This document shows positions 1-9,778 of a stretch of 64,000 nt of DNA, piece by piece. Position 1 is the first letter of the stretch. Every line of letters starts with the position of its first letter. The notes below the pieces were generated by a model. It had not been told where the DNA came from. It saw only the letters and a list, made by a program, of their open reading frames with translations, and ran no database searches. The translations under genes were made by a program, and so were the position numbers. Origin of the DNA: Mustelus asterias (lineage: Eukaryota); NCBI RefSeq assembly GCF_964213995.1, contig NW_027590163.1:124001-188000 (forward strand). The letters are read 5' to 3'.

Positions 1-146
1 GAATGTGTCCTCCCTGGACAACTGCCTCATCACAGAAATCAATCCAGGGAATTTAGCTCACACAGACACAGCAGGAAAAAACAGCAAAAAATGAACAGTG
101 CGAGATGCACAGACAGAGAGACTGAGGGGAGAAAACAATGGGACCG

Positions 147-378
147 TTAGAATCTTAGAATCTTAGAATCCCTACAGCACAGAAAGAGGCCATTCGGCCC
201 ATCGAGTCTGCACCGACCACAATCCCATCCAGGCTCTACCCCCATATCCCTACATATTTTACCCACTAATCCCTCTAACCTACGCATCCCAGGAGACTAA
301 GGGCAATTTTTAGCTTGGCCAATCAACCTAACGCGCACATCTTTGGACTGTGGGGGGAAACCGGAGCACCCGGAGGAA
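147..378 (-). mobile_element. tRNA-derived shark SINE (HE1-like), 3' part
   Basis: (TAGAATC)n tail and body closely match the reverse complement of the SINE at 2347-2592 and the copy at 39773-40095. Confidence 0.75.
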
Positions 379-478
379 ACATCGAGACAAAGTGAGACAG
401 ATAGTGACAGAGATTGGGATGGACACACAACCCACGAATGAACAATAATAAACACACAGCCAGCTGTCCGAATTACAA

Positions 479-868
479 GCATAGAGTCATGGAAGTTTAC
501 AGCATGGAAACAGGCCCTTCGCCCCACATTGTCCATGCCGCCACGTTTTTAAACACTAAACTAGTCCCAATTGCCTGTGTTGGGCCCATATTCCTCTATA
601 ACCATCTTACCCATTTAACTGTCTAAACATTTTATAAAAGACAAACCTGTACCCCCCTCTCCTACGACATCTGGCAGCTTGGTCCAGACACTCACCATCC
701 TCCGTGTGAAAAAATTGCCCATCTGGGCACTTTGTATCTCTCCCCTCTCACCTTAAACCTATGCCCTCCAGTTTTAGACTCCCCTGCCTTTGGGGAAAAT
801 ATTGACTATCCAGCTGATCTATGCCCCTCATTATTTTATAGACCTCTGAACAACCTCAGTCTTCAACT
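479..868 (-). mobile_element. Old CR1-clade LINE, 3' end (continues at 2593-3097 and 12707-13340)
   Basis: Typical LINE 3' tail 'catagagtcatggaagtttacagcatggaaacaggcccttc'; RT C-terminal sequence resumes after the SINE. Confidence 0.65.
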
Positions 869-2592
869 AGGGTGGCACGGTAGCACAGTGGTTAGCACTG
901 CTGCTTCACAGCTCCTGCGACCTGGGTTCGATTCCCGGCTTGGGTCACTGTATCAAAGAACAATACAGCACAGAAATAGGCCCTCCAACCCCGCGCTGGT
1001 CCAAACTGGACCATTCTTTTGTATCCCTCCATTCCCACTCCGTTCATATGGCTGTCTGGATAAGTCTGAAACGTTCCCAGTGTGTCCGCCTCCACCACCT
1101 TGCCTGGCAGCGCATTCCAGGTCCCCACCACCCTCTGTGTAAAATATGTCCGTCTGATATCTGTGTTAAACCTTCCCCCCTTCACCTTGAACCTATGACC
1201 CCTCGTGAACGTCACCACCGACCTGGGGAAAAGCTTCCCACCGTTCACCCTATCTATGCCTTTCATAATTTTATACACCACTATTAAGTCTCCCCTTATC
1301 CTCCGTCTTTCCAGGGAGAACAACCCCAGTTTACCCAATCTCTCCTCATAACTAAGCCCCTCCATACCAGGTAACATCCTGGTAAACCTCCTCTGTACTC
1401 TCTCCAAAGCCTCCACGTCCTTCTGGTAGTGTGGTGACCAGAACTGGACGCAGTATTCCAGATGCGGCCGAACCAACGTTCTATACATCTGCAACATCAG
1501 ACCCCAACTTTTATACTCTATGCCCCGTCCTATAAAGGCAAGCATGCCATATGCCTTCTTCACCACCTTCTCCACCTGTGACGTCACTTTCAAGGATCTG
1601 TGGACTTGCACACCCAGGTCCCTCTGCGTATCTACACCCTTTATGGTTCTGCCATTTATCATATAGCTCCTCCCTACATTATTTATACCAAAATGCATCA
1701 CTTCGCATTCATCAGGATTGAACTCCATCTGCCGTTACTTTGCCCAAATTTCCAGCCTATCTATATCCTTCTGTAGCTTCTGACAATGCTCCTCACTATC
1801 TGCAAGTCCTGCCAATTTTGTGTCGTCCGCAAACTTACTGATCACCCCAGTTACACCTTCTTCCAGACCATTTATATAAATTACAAACAGCAGAGGTCCC
1901 AATACAGAGCCCTGCGGAACACCACTAGTCACAGGCCTCCAGCTGGAAAAAGACCCTTCCACTACCACCCTCTGTCTTCTGTGACCAAGCCAGTTCTCCA
2001 CCCATCTAGCCACCTCCCCCTTTATCCCATGAGATCCAACCTTTTTCACCAGCCTACCATGAGGGACTTTGTCAAACGCTTTACTAAAGTCCATATAGAC
2101 GACATCCACGGCCCTTCCCTCGTCAACCATTTTGGTCACTTCTTCAAAAAACTCCACCAGGTTAGTGAGGCATGACCTCCCTCTCACAAAACCATGCTGA
2201 CTATCGTTAATGAGTTTATTCCTTTCTAAATGCGCATACATCCTATCTCTAACAATCTTCTCCAACAACTTCCCCACCACGGACGTCAAGCTCACCGGCC
2301 TATAATTACCCGGGTTATCCTTCCTACCCTTCTTAAATAACGGGACCTGTGTGGAGTTTGCACATTCTCCTCGTGTTTGCGTGGGTTTCCTCCGGGTGCT
2401 CTGGTTTCCTCCCACAGTCCAAAGATGGGCGTGTTAGGTTGATTGGCCATGCTAAAAAGTGCCCTTAGTGTCCTGAGATGCGTAGGTTGGAGGGATTAGT
2501 GGGTGGATATGGGGGTAGGGCCTGGGTGGGATTGTTGTCGGTGCAGACTCGATGGGCCGAATGGCCTCTTTCTGTACTGTAGGGATTCTATG
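869..2592 (+). mobile_element. tRNA-derived SINE split by a LINE insertion (869-950 and 2347-2592)
   Basis: A/B-box head (gcacagtggttagc...gggttcgattccc) ends 'gggtcactgt' and resumes 'ctgtgtggagtttgcac' at 2347. Confidence 0.8.
951..2346 (-). mobile_element. 5'-truncated CR1-clade LINE, ORF2 reverse transcriptase with one premature stop
   Basis: ORFs 1735-2415 and 892-1728 share a frame; motifs [39 protein letters not shown]; same family as 45935-47070. Confidence 0.9.
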
Positions 2593-3097
2593 ATGCTCCA
2601 GAGAAAAAAGTCCAAGGCTATCCATCCTCTCCTTATAACTCAAAATATCAGTCCCGGCATCATCCGAGTAAATCTTTTCTGCATTCCTTCTCGTTTAATA
2701 ATATCCTTTCTATAATAGGGTGGCCAGAGCTGTACACAGTATTCCAAGTGTGGCCTTACCAATGTCTTGTACAACTTCAACAAGACGTCCCAACTGCTGT
2801 GTTCAATGTTCTGGCCAATGAAACCAAGCATGCTGAATGCCGTCTCTCCCATTCTTTCCACCTGTGACTAAACTTTGAAGGAGCGATGAACTGTACCCCG
2901 AGATATATTTTTTTCTAAAACTCTCACCAACGCCCGTCCATTAATTGAGCAAGTCCTGTCCTGGTTCGATCTACCAAAATGCATCACCTCGCATTCATCT
3001 AAAACAAACTCCATTTGCCATTCATCAGCCCACTAGCCCAGTTGATCAAGATCCCGCTGCAATCCTCGATAACCTTCTTCACTGTGCACAATGCCTC
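2593..3097 (-). mobile_element. CR1-clade LINE RT fragment (left part of the ERV target)
   Basis: YKTLVRPHLEYCVQLW and GIVHSEEGYRGLQRDLDQL; joins 12707 onward across the ERV. Confidence 0.8.
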
Positions 3098-3704
3098 TGT
3101 TAGCGCGAGTGAACAGATACCACACCACTCGCACCCAGAGCCAAGATCGATAGCAGCACAGTTTATTATAGTGTTTTACGTCGACGGAGGTACAATCAGG
3201 ACACAGACAAGACAGTCCCGTAAAGTACTCTGCTTGCCTGCCAAAACGGAGTACAGTTATAGTAACGATCTGTTTTGATATGTAAATGGTTTGTGAGTGG
3301 TTTCCTGATATAATCATCCTGTTTCAATAGGTTTGTGGGTGTGGAGTTTGATGTGTAAATGGTTTTCTTTTATAGTTATCCCGTTAATGGGTTTTCTGGT
3401 CTAGAGTTTTAATATGTAAAGTTTGGTTTAAGAGTGTGATAATTGCTTTATGTCTCTGAATTCCTTTGGACAATGGGTGTTTGATGGGATGTCAGGAAGT
3501 TTTCCAGGTCTCAAGATATTTTCTGAATAGCATATTGATGCGAGTTCCTGAGTCTTTGTCAACCTGGTTTCTGTGTTTAAAAGATGTCTGCTTGCCTTAC
3601 TCACACCTTTCTGGCTGAATGCTGTCCTGTTTTGCTTCATTTATCGAGTTATAGTTTAAAAAATATTCTAATCCTAATACCCACAAAATTTATGCCCGCC
3701 TACA
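3098..3704 (-). repeat. ERV 3' LTR
   Basis: Direct repeat of 12096-12702; TG..CA ends; minus-strand AATAAA at 3162-3167. Confidence 0.96.
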
Positions 3705-3714
3705 GTCCCCCCTG
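3705..3714 (-). other. Short polypurine tract
   Basis: Minus strand reads AGGGGGG-AC directly before the TG of the 3' LTR. Confidence 0.7.
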
Positions 3715-3853
3715 TCGGTCAAAAGTGAATTTTTGTTGTTTATTTCCTTTTCACTTTTCTAACCGATCTTTCTCCCCTTTATTATATTTTGTGTCCGGTG
3801 CTTCCTGCCTCCGTACGCTGCAGTCGTACAGTTTAGGGGAGTCCCGGAGTTTG

Positions 3854-6022
3854 TCAAATCATGTGTAGGCGGGAGTCATCATCCCGCTTGGCTACCTGCC
3901 CCATCATACCAATTGTTCTAACTAAGTTCTTATGTGCTTTCATTCTCTTCCGCTGGCGGTAGGTATAACATGTAGCCAATCCCCAGGAAAGGGCTAAGAT
4001 GAGTTGGATGACCACCAGTGTGTGCGATGTAATTCGGACCCAGGGGTGGATGTTTACATTTAGACCCCAGTCCCACACCTTCTGTACCCATGTTTGACTT
4101 CGTAACGCCGTCTCGGTATCTTGTTCCAAGGTTTTGATGTGTGACTGTAACTGGTGGTATAATCGGACGGAGTGTCCTACTTTAAGTCGGAGCTCCCTTA
4201 GGACTTCGGTCAGGTGTGGGATGGGGGCTTGCTCGGGTTCTTGGTAGTCTCTTAGGTTGTCTTTTAGGGGGTCTGTGGCATTAAAGGCTATGGTCTGCCT
4301 ATTTCGGATATTGGTGATGTGAGCTTGACCTATAGTGACTGGCTTGCGAGGGGTAAAACAGAAGTTAGGGTCGGGGATTGGGCATGTTAATCCGTTATAT
4401 GTGAATGATGTACGTGTGGTGGCTACACAGTATCTACCCCGCCCCCCGTATCCTGCCCGGGCGAAATGTGGGTCTACGGGTATAATCTCTAAGGTGCAGT
4501 CCTGTGTTCGGTTAAACCCACATTCTGCTGCCTCTCCTTGTCTCAGTGGGTGAGGACAGATGGTGACCTCTCCCCTCTGCTTGCACCCTGCGAGAGAAAC
4601 ACTGGACATTATGCCATGTTTGGAGATGGCCATGTTTTCGGTTATGTGGTAGCGGAGGGAAGCATTGCCCCTAACAACACCAATATTTTCAATTCGGAAG
4701 ATGGGGAATGGTCCAGCGTCCTGTGTGACCGTTGGAATTAGCAGAACCATTCCTATCCCGGTGCCCTCACTAACCTCGCAGTCGGGGATTACTGGATATA
4801 CTCGTGTCATCCCCTTCAGGGTCCGGTCATCCAGCACCCCCTTCTGATCTGCGAGTTGCGCTAGTTGGGCGCTGTCGATCCAATCGGGCACTTCCCCCCT
4901 GTGTACCTGGTCCAAATTGTGTCGTATTTGTGCCACCATCCACTGACCATATGCATGGCATAACTGTCCCTGTTGTACCCGGGCAGTGTCTTCCCTTTCC
5001 CTGTCTATGAGGCGATTGATAGTTCGGGCATGTGCTTCTAACACTGCAATCCCATCTAGTTGGATATGGGCGCCCGCTTCCCCTAAGAATGCTTGTTCCG
5101 CCTGCTGGTCTAATGACCGCTGTAATATGTTTTTCATTACCCCTTTCAGCTGTTCAATTTTACTGTTGAGGCCCTGGATGTCAATGGAGTTAATCATTGT
5201 GTCTCCTGTATTCAGCCCTGTGAGCATATCATTGATAATACCCCGTTTGCTTCGGTATGTGTTGGTGTTTATGTTTCCCCTGTAGTGTGTGGCCCCCATT
5301 GCGTCAATGGCCCGTTTTATGGTCTCTCTCTCTAACATCTGATACAAGTTCTGTACCTGTTCTGAGCAATGCCTGGGTACCTGGATTCCTGAAATGTCGA
5401 TCAGGACAGGTACCACCTCATGTTTTACGTTGTCGTACACAATTTCCCCCTCGTTCCACAACACCAGTCCTCCCTCCGGTCCCCTGCTTTGCAAGGGACA
5501 GGGTAAGATTTCGGGCCTTGTGGTCGTGGGGGCCCGCGCTGGAAGCGGTGCAAAACATACATACAATGAGACTGCGGGAGCCTCAACAAGTCCGTAATAG
5601 CCGCAAATGTCCATGTTTGAATTCAAAGTGTCCTGTGGTCGGGCCTCTTGTGGGTTGTCGGGGAGGGCGCAGAGAGTCCCAAAAACGCACTGGTCTCTGT
5701 TCTGGAGGTCCCGCTGTTGAATGCATGTTCGGAGTCCTTCTAAAGTGCAAGTGAAGCAGATCTCGTTGATACCCGGGTAAACTTGTAGCCATGCGTTAAG
5801 ATAAGTTCTACTGTTCATAGGGTCCGGTCCAGCTGGCACACATAGTGCCTCGGATGTGTTGAAGGCTACCCCGTGGAATCGCGGGTAGATGGGGTGTTCT
5901 TCGGGTGCCACACTCGTCAGGAAGGTCGCCGCGAGGATCATCCTCCAAGTGGTCCACATGGTTCTGGAGAGGGGTTGGGGGAGGATATATAAAACCTGGT
6001 GGCCGCCAGTCGTTAGGTTCAT
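3854..6022 (-). CDS. env: ERV envelope glycoprotein, F-type class I fusogen-like, 722 aa (start may be Met22 at 5959)
   Basis: Signal-like hydrophobic N-terminus, furin site RSKR (aa 257-260), following heptad region, Cys-rich block, C-terminal TM helix and basic tail; located between pol and the 3' LTR. Confidence 0.9.
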   Translation of the reverse strand: MNLTTGGHQVLYILPQPLSRTMWTTWRMILAATFLTSVAPEEHPIYPRFHGVAFNTSEALCVPAGPDPMNSRTYLNAWLQVYPGINEICFTCTLEGLRTCIQQRDLQNRDQCVFGTLCALPDNPQEARPQDTLNSNMDICGYYGLVEAPAVSLYVCFAPLPARAPTTTRPEILPCPLQSRGPEGGLVLWNEGEIVYDNVKHEVVPVLIDISGIQVPRHCSEQVQNLYQMLERETIKRAIDAMGATHYRGNINTNTYRSKRGIINDMLTGLNTGDTMINSIDIQGLNSKIEQLKGVMKNILQRSLDQQAEQAFLGEAGAHIQLDGIAVLEAHARTINRLIDREREDTARVQQGQLCHAYGQWMVAQIRHNLDQVHRGEVPDWIDSAQLAQLADQKGVLDDRTLKGMTRVYPVIPDCEVSEGTGIGMVLLIPTVTQDAGPFPIFRIENIGVVRGNASLRYHITENMAISKHGIMSSVSLAGCKQRGEVTICPHPLRQGEAAECGFNRTQDCTLEIIPVDPHFARAGYGGRGRYCVATTRTSFTYNGLTCPIPDPNFCFTPRKPVTIGQAHITNIRNRQTIAFNATDPLKDNLRDYQEPEQAPIPHLTEVLRELRLKVGHSVRLYHQLQSHIKTLEQDTETALRSQTWVQKVWDWGLNVNIHPWVRITSHTLVVIQLILALSWGLATCYTYRQRKRMKAHKNLVRTIGMMGQVAKRDDDSRLHMI

Positions 6023-6163
6023 ATTAGGTGATGAACTTGTCTTACTTATCTTATTCTTATTTCTATCTACATATATACATTCATGCCTCGGTTGGCATAT
6101 AGTTCCTTTAGTGTTGGAAAATAAAGGTTGTTATTTCGATTTCCGCTGTAAGGACAAAGATGG

Positions 6164-9100
6164 TTAAGGGCCAATACGTGGAGTGGACGGAGCATCCTCT
6201 GTCCTTTCAGTCAGTCTGCTCTGTCCTCTTTCCCCGTGGTGATAGGATTTTAATTGCGACCAATGTTTCCATCGGCCTTTTCCTTTCACATCGACACACG
6301 CACATGTATCGCTGGTAAGGATAACCTCGTGGGGTCCCATCCATTTCGGTGCAAACCCGGGTCGGTCTGGGGCAATCCGAATCAAAACCCTATCCCCTAC
6401 TCGAGGGAGGGTGGGGGTATGACTGACATTTTCCTTTTTAGCCTGGTCTCTAATGGCTTGCTGGTCCCTGGCTGTGTGGTGCAGGTCTCGGAGTTGTGAA
6501 TCTAAGTGTTGCACATATCGTTTGAGCTTGTCCCGGAGGGGTGTCATTTCTTCCCCTCCCACGGCGATGTTTTCGGGGAGTCGCATTGCTCTCCCGGTCA
6601 TTAGTTCGAACGGGGTGAGCCCTATGGTTCGACCTGGGGTGGCCCGTAGGCGCATCAGGATACAGGGAAGGACATCTACCCACCCCTGACCTGTTTCTGC
6701 GATAGTTTTTGCTATCGTGTTCTTGAGGGTGCGATTCATTCTCTCTACCATTCCAGCACTCTGGGGGTGGTATGGTATATGGAACCGCTGTCGGATCCCT
6801 AAGGTTTTACATGCGTGTTTCATTACCTTGCCTGTGAAGTGTGTCCCCTGGTCGGAGTCCAGTTGTAACGGGACTCCCCATCTGGGTATTATCTCATATG
6901 CTAAGATGTGGGCTACAGTGGTTGCCCCGCAATCCCGGGTTGGGAAGGCTTCTACCCATCGGGTGAACTGGTCAATGAGGACCAGGCAGTACTTCTTCCC
7001 ACGACTGGTGGGTAGAGGGCCGATGAAGTCAATTTGGAGGTTTTCCCAAGGTCCCTTTGGTCTGGGTTGGTTTGCTAGTTTAACCTTCAGGGGCCGGCCA
7101 GGGTTATGCTGTGCGCATATGATGCATCTTTGGCAGTGCTTAGCTACATCCCGCCCCATCCCTGGCCACCACCAATCTCCTGATAAACGAGCTAGGGTCC
7201 CATCCCGTCCGGAGTGGTTTGGTTCGTGGTGGAGTCGAAGTAGTTCCGCCTGTATGAATGAGGGGGCGACTACTTGATGTCCTTTCCTCCATATACCATC
7301 TTCGTCTAAGGACGCCCCGGTCTGTTTCCACCGCGCCACCTCGTCTGGGTCAGCGCTACCCTGTAGTTTATGAACATCCATCTCTTCCATGGGGGAAGAG
7401 ATGATGGCAGCTATCTGTGGGAGGGCTTCCCCTGCTGCAGCTTTAGCAGCGGCATCTGCTAGTTGGTTCCCCTTCTGCTCTACAGTCCTTGTCTTTTGAT
7501 GGGCTTTTATTTTAATTACGGCTGCTTCTGAGGGTAGTCTGGATGCTGTGGCCAGGTCTCGAATTATATTTTCATGTTTTATGTGTCCCCCCGCTGCGGT
7601 AATGAATCCGCGCCTATTCCATGCTATCATATAGTCGTGAACCACCCCGAACGCATATTGACTGTCCGTGTATATGTTTACCCTTTTGTCCCTTCCTGCG
7701 CTAAGGGCCTTTGTTAATGCTATAAGCTCGGCCACTTGAGCAGAGGTCTCCCCCCCCATGGTGCCCTTTGCTATTAGTGTTCCTTCCTGATCTACCACTG
7801 CCCATCCTGTGCGGTACTGTCCCTCCACCTGCCTTCGGGACCCGTCTACGTATAGTATTATATCGGGGTTCTCCAGTGGCTGATCACTAATCCCATCCTC
7901 TGTATCCATGTCTGGGTTAATCGGACAGTGATGTGGACTGCCGTCTGGAAGGAACCCCTCTGCTGGGTTTCTTCCGGTATCTCGTACGATTTTAATAGAT
8001 TGGTCCTGAGGAAGGAGCACTGCCTCCCAAGTTGCCCTTCGAGCATCTGAAACAGTTCGGAGTCGACCTGTGTTTAATAATTCTACTATTGTATGTTTTG
8101 TGTGCAGGATGATCTGTCCTAACATAGTAATGGGTTCGCACACCCTGACTGCCCATGCGGCACAGTCCAGGGCTGCCACACATTTGTGTAGTCCTTTGGC
8201 TATCGGGGACTGCCGCACCGAATAATATGCTACAGGTCTCATGGTGCCCCCACTTTCTTGAGTCACAACGGAGCTATAGAATCCGTCCTCCGCATTATAA
8301 AAAAGATGGAACGGTTTCGCTATGTTGGGCAGGCATAAGGCTGGGGCCGCTAATAATTCTGATTTCAGGTGGGAGTATGCTGTTTCTTGTTCGGGTCCCC
8401 ATTCAATGATTTCTGCCCCCGGCCTCCCCCCTTTTACCAATCGCTGGATAGGTTCTGCTATGGATGCAAACTGATCGATGAAATTCCGACAGTAATTAAA
8501 GAGTCCCATTACCCTACGCACCCCCCTAACTGTGTTCGGACGGGTCATGTTGGCAATTGCTGTTTTTCGGTCCGTGGGAAGGGTTTTCTTTCCCTGACTT
8601 ATGTAATGCCCCAGATATCGGACCTCTGGTTTTGCGAGTTGTGCTTTGGTTGGGTTAACCTTAAATCCTGCTGTTTGTAAGCCCCGCAGGATTACTGACA
8701 GGGCTCCCAAATGCCCCGTCGGGTTAGTGGAGGCGATCAAGATGTCATCCACATATTGGAGAAAAGCGCTCTCATAGGGGGATAAGTTACAATTTTCGAG
8801 GGCTTTGCTCATAACCCGGTGGAATATGTTGGGGCTATTGTGGAATCCCTGGGGGAGACGGGTCCAGGTGTACTGTCTACCTCCACAGGTGAAGGCAAAC
8901 TTCTCCTGGGAGTCTGGGTGGAGTGGAATTGACCAGAATCCGTTTGCTATGTCTAGCACGGAGAAGATACAATATTCAGGTCGCAGTCCGTTAAATATAG
9001 TGGCCGGGCTCGCAACGATAGGGTGTTCCTTTGGGGTGACCTTATTCAGGGCGGTATAGTCGATGGTTAGTCGGTAGTTCCCGTCTGGCTTACGGACGGG

Positions 9101-9778
9101 CCACATCGGGGAATTTGTGTGGGACACGGTGGGTCTCAGGATGCCCCGTTTAACCAAAGCCTGGACGATTGTTTCGGTTGCCTGTAACGCCTCGGGTTTT
9201 ATGGGATATTGTTTATGAGGGGCATGGGCTGGTCCTTGTATTTGTAAAGGAAGGATTGTGACGAGACCGCAGTCTTGCTTGCCTGTAGCCCAGACCCGGG
9301 GTAGTGCTTGACATAAGAGTCCCACTAGTCCCTCCTTCTTCCAGTCTCGGGCCGTCGGAGCCGGAGCCCCCATGCCTATGGCTGCTACGTTCTTATTAGG
9401 GACCCAGTATCCTTGGATCCCGCTATTGTGTTCTTTCCTTGCCGTCCACAGCAGGCGCTTATTGAAAGCGTCCACCACTGCTCCTAACTCTCCCAGGAGG
9501 TCTATTCCCAAAATTGTCCCTTCTTCATTTGGGCCCACCCAGAAGTGTACGGGGAGTATGATCCCCTCTACCTCAAGTAACACTGCTTCGCTCTGATATG
9601 CTATAGTCCTATCCCCCCCTATTCCTACTACTACTATGGAACGGTGGGTGGTGGGTAGTGCCATGTTGGTGAGGGATATCGAAGCCCCCGTATCTATTAA
9701 TATTTTGCATCGCCGGCCCCCTAACGATGCATTCACCCAGATACGGGGGTCCGTTCCCGGGGCGGGGGCCGATGCCAC
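6164..9778 (-). CDS. pol: ERV Pro-Pol (protease, RT, tether, RNase H, integrase), 1204 aa, probably expressed by readthrough of the gag stop
   Basis: ILIDTGAS; LPQGFHNSP and YVDD; RNase H YVDGS..SAQVAEL..YTDSQY; HHCC; DDE (IDF, SDQG, VERMN); GPH variant of the GPY/F motif. Confidence 0.97.
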   Translation of the reverse strand: MASAPAPGTDPRIWVNASLGGRRCKILIDTGASISLTNMALPTTHRSIVVVGIGGDRTIAYQSEAVLLEVEGIILPVHFWVGPNEEGTILGIDLLGELGAVVDAFNKRLLWTARKEHNSGIQGYWVPNKNVAAIGMGAPAPTARDWKKEGLVGLLCQALPRVWATGKQDCGLVTILPLQIQGPAHAPHKQYPIKPEALQATETIVQALVKRGILRPTVSHTNSPMWPVRKPDGNYRLTIDYTALNKVTPKEHPIVASPATIFNGLRPEYCIFSVLDIANGFWSIPLHPDSQEKFAFTCGGRQYTWTRLPQGFHNSPNIFHRVMSKALENCNLSPYESAFLQYVDDILIASTNPTGHLGALSVILRGLQTAGFKVNPTKAQLAKPEVRYLGHYISQGKKTLPTDRKTAIANMTRPNTVRGVRRVMGLFNYCRNFIDQFASIAEPIQRLVKGGRPGAEIIEWGPEQETAYSHLKSELLAAPALCLPNIAKPFHLFYNAEDGFYSSVVTQESGGTMRPVAYYSVRQSPIAKGLHKCVAALDCAAWAVRVCEPITMLGQIILHTKHTIVELLNTGRLRTVSDARRATWEAVLLPQDQSIKIVRDTGRNPAEGFLPDGSPHHCPINPDMDTEDGISDQPLENPDIILYVDGSRRQVEGQYRTGWAVVDQEGTLIAKGTMGGETSAQVAELIALTKALSAGRDKRVNIYTDSQYAFGVVHDYMIAWNRRGFITAAGGHIKHENIIRDLATASRLPSEAAVIKIKAHQKTRTVEQKGNQLADAAAKAAAGEALPQIAAIISSPMEEMDVHKLQGSADPDEVARWKQTGASLDEDGIWRKGHQVVAPSFIQAELLRLHHEPNHSGRDGTLARLSGDWWWPGMGRDVAKHCQRCIICAQHNPGRPLKVKLANQPRPKGPWENLQIDFIGPLPTSRGKKYCLVLIDQFTRWVEAFPTRDCGATTVAHILAYEIIPRWGVPLQLDSDQGTHFTGKVMKHACKTLGIRQRFHIPYHPQSAGMVERMNRTLKNTIAKTIAETGQGWVDVLPCILMRLRATPGRTIGLTPFELMTGRAMRLPENIAVGGEEMTPLRDKLKRYVQHLDSQLRDLHHTARDQQAIRDQAKKENVSHTPTLPRVGDRVLIRIAPDRPGFAPKWMGPHEVILTSDTCACVDVKGKGRWKHWSQLKSYHHGERGQSRLTERTEDAPSTPRIGP

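Noticed and set aside
869-950. tRNA gene
   Set aside because: It is the tRNA-derived head of a SINE whose body resumes at 2347; the same applies to 48765 and 63180
3033-3640. ORFs in the LTRs (94/116 aa and 70 aa) as accessory genes
   Set aside because: Duplicated only because the LTR is duplicated; they cross LTR boundaries or lack motifs
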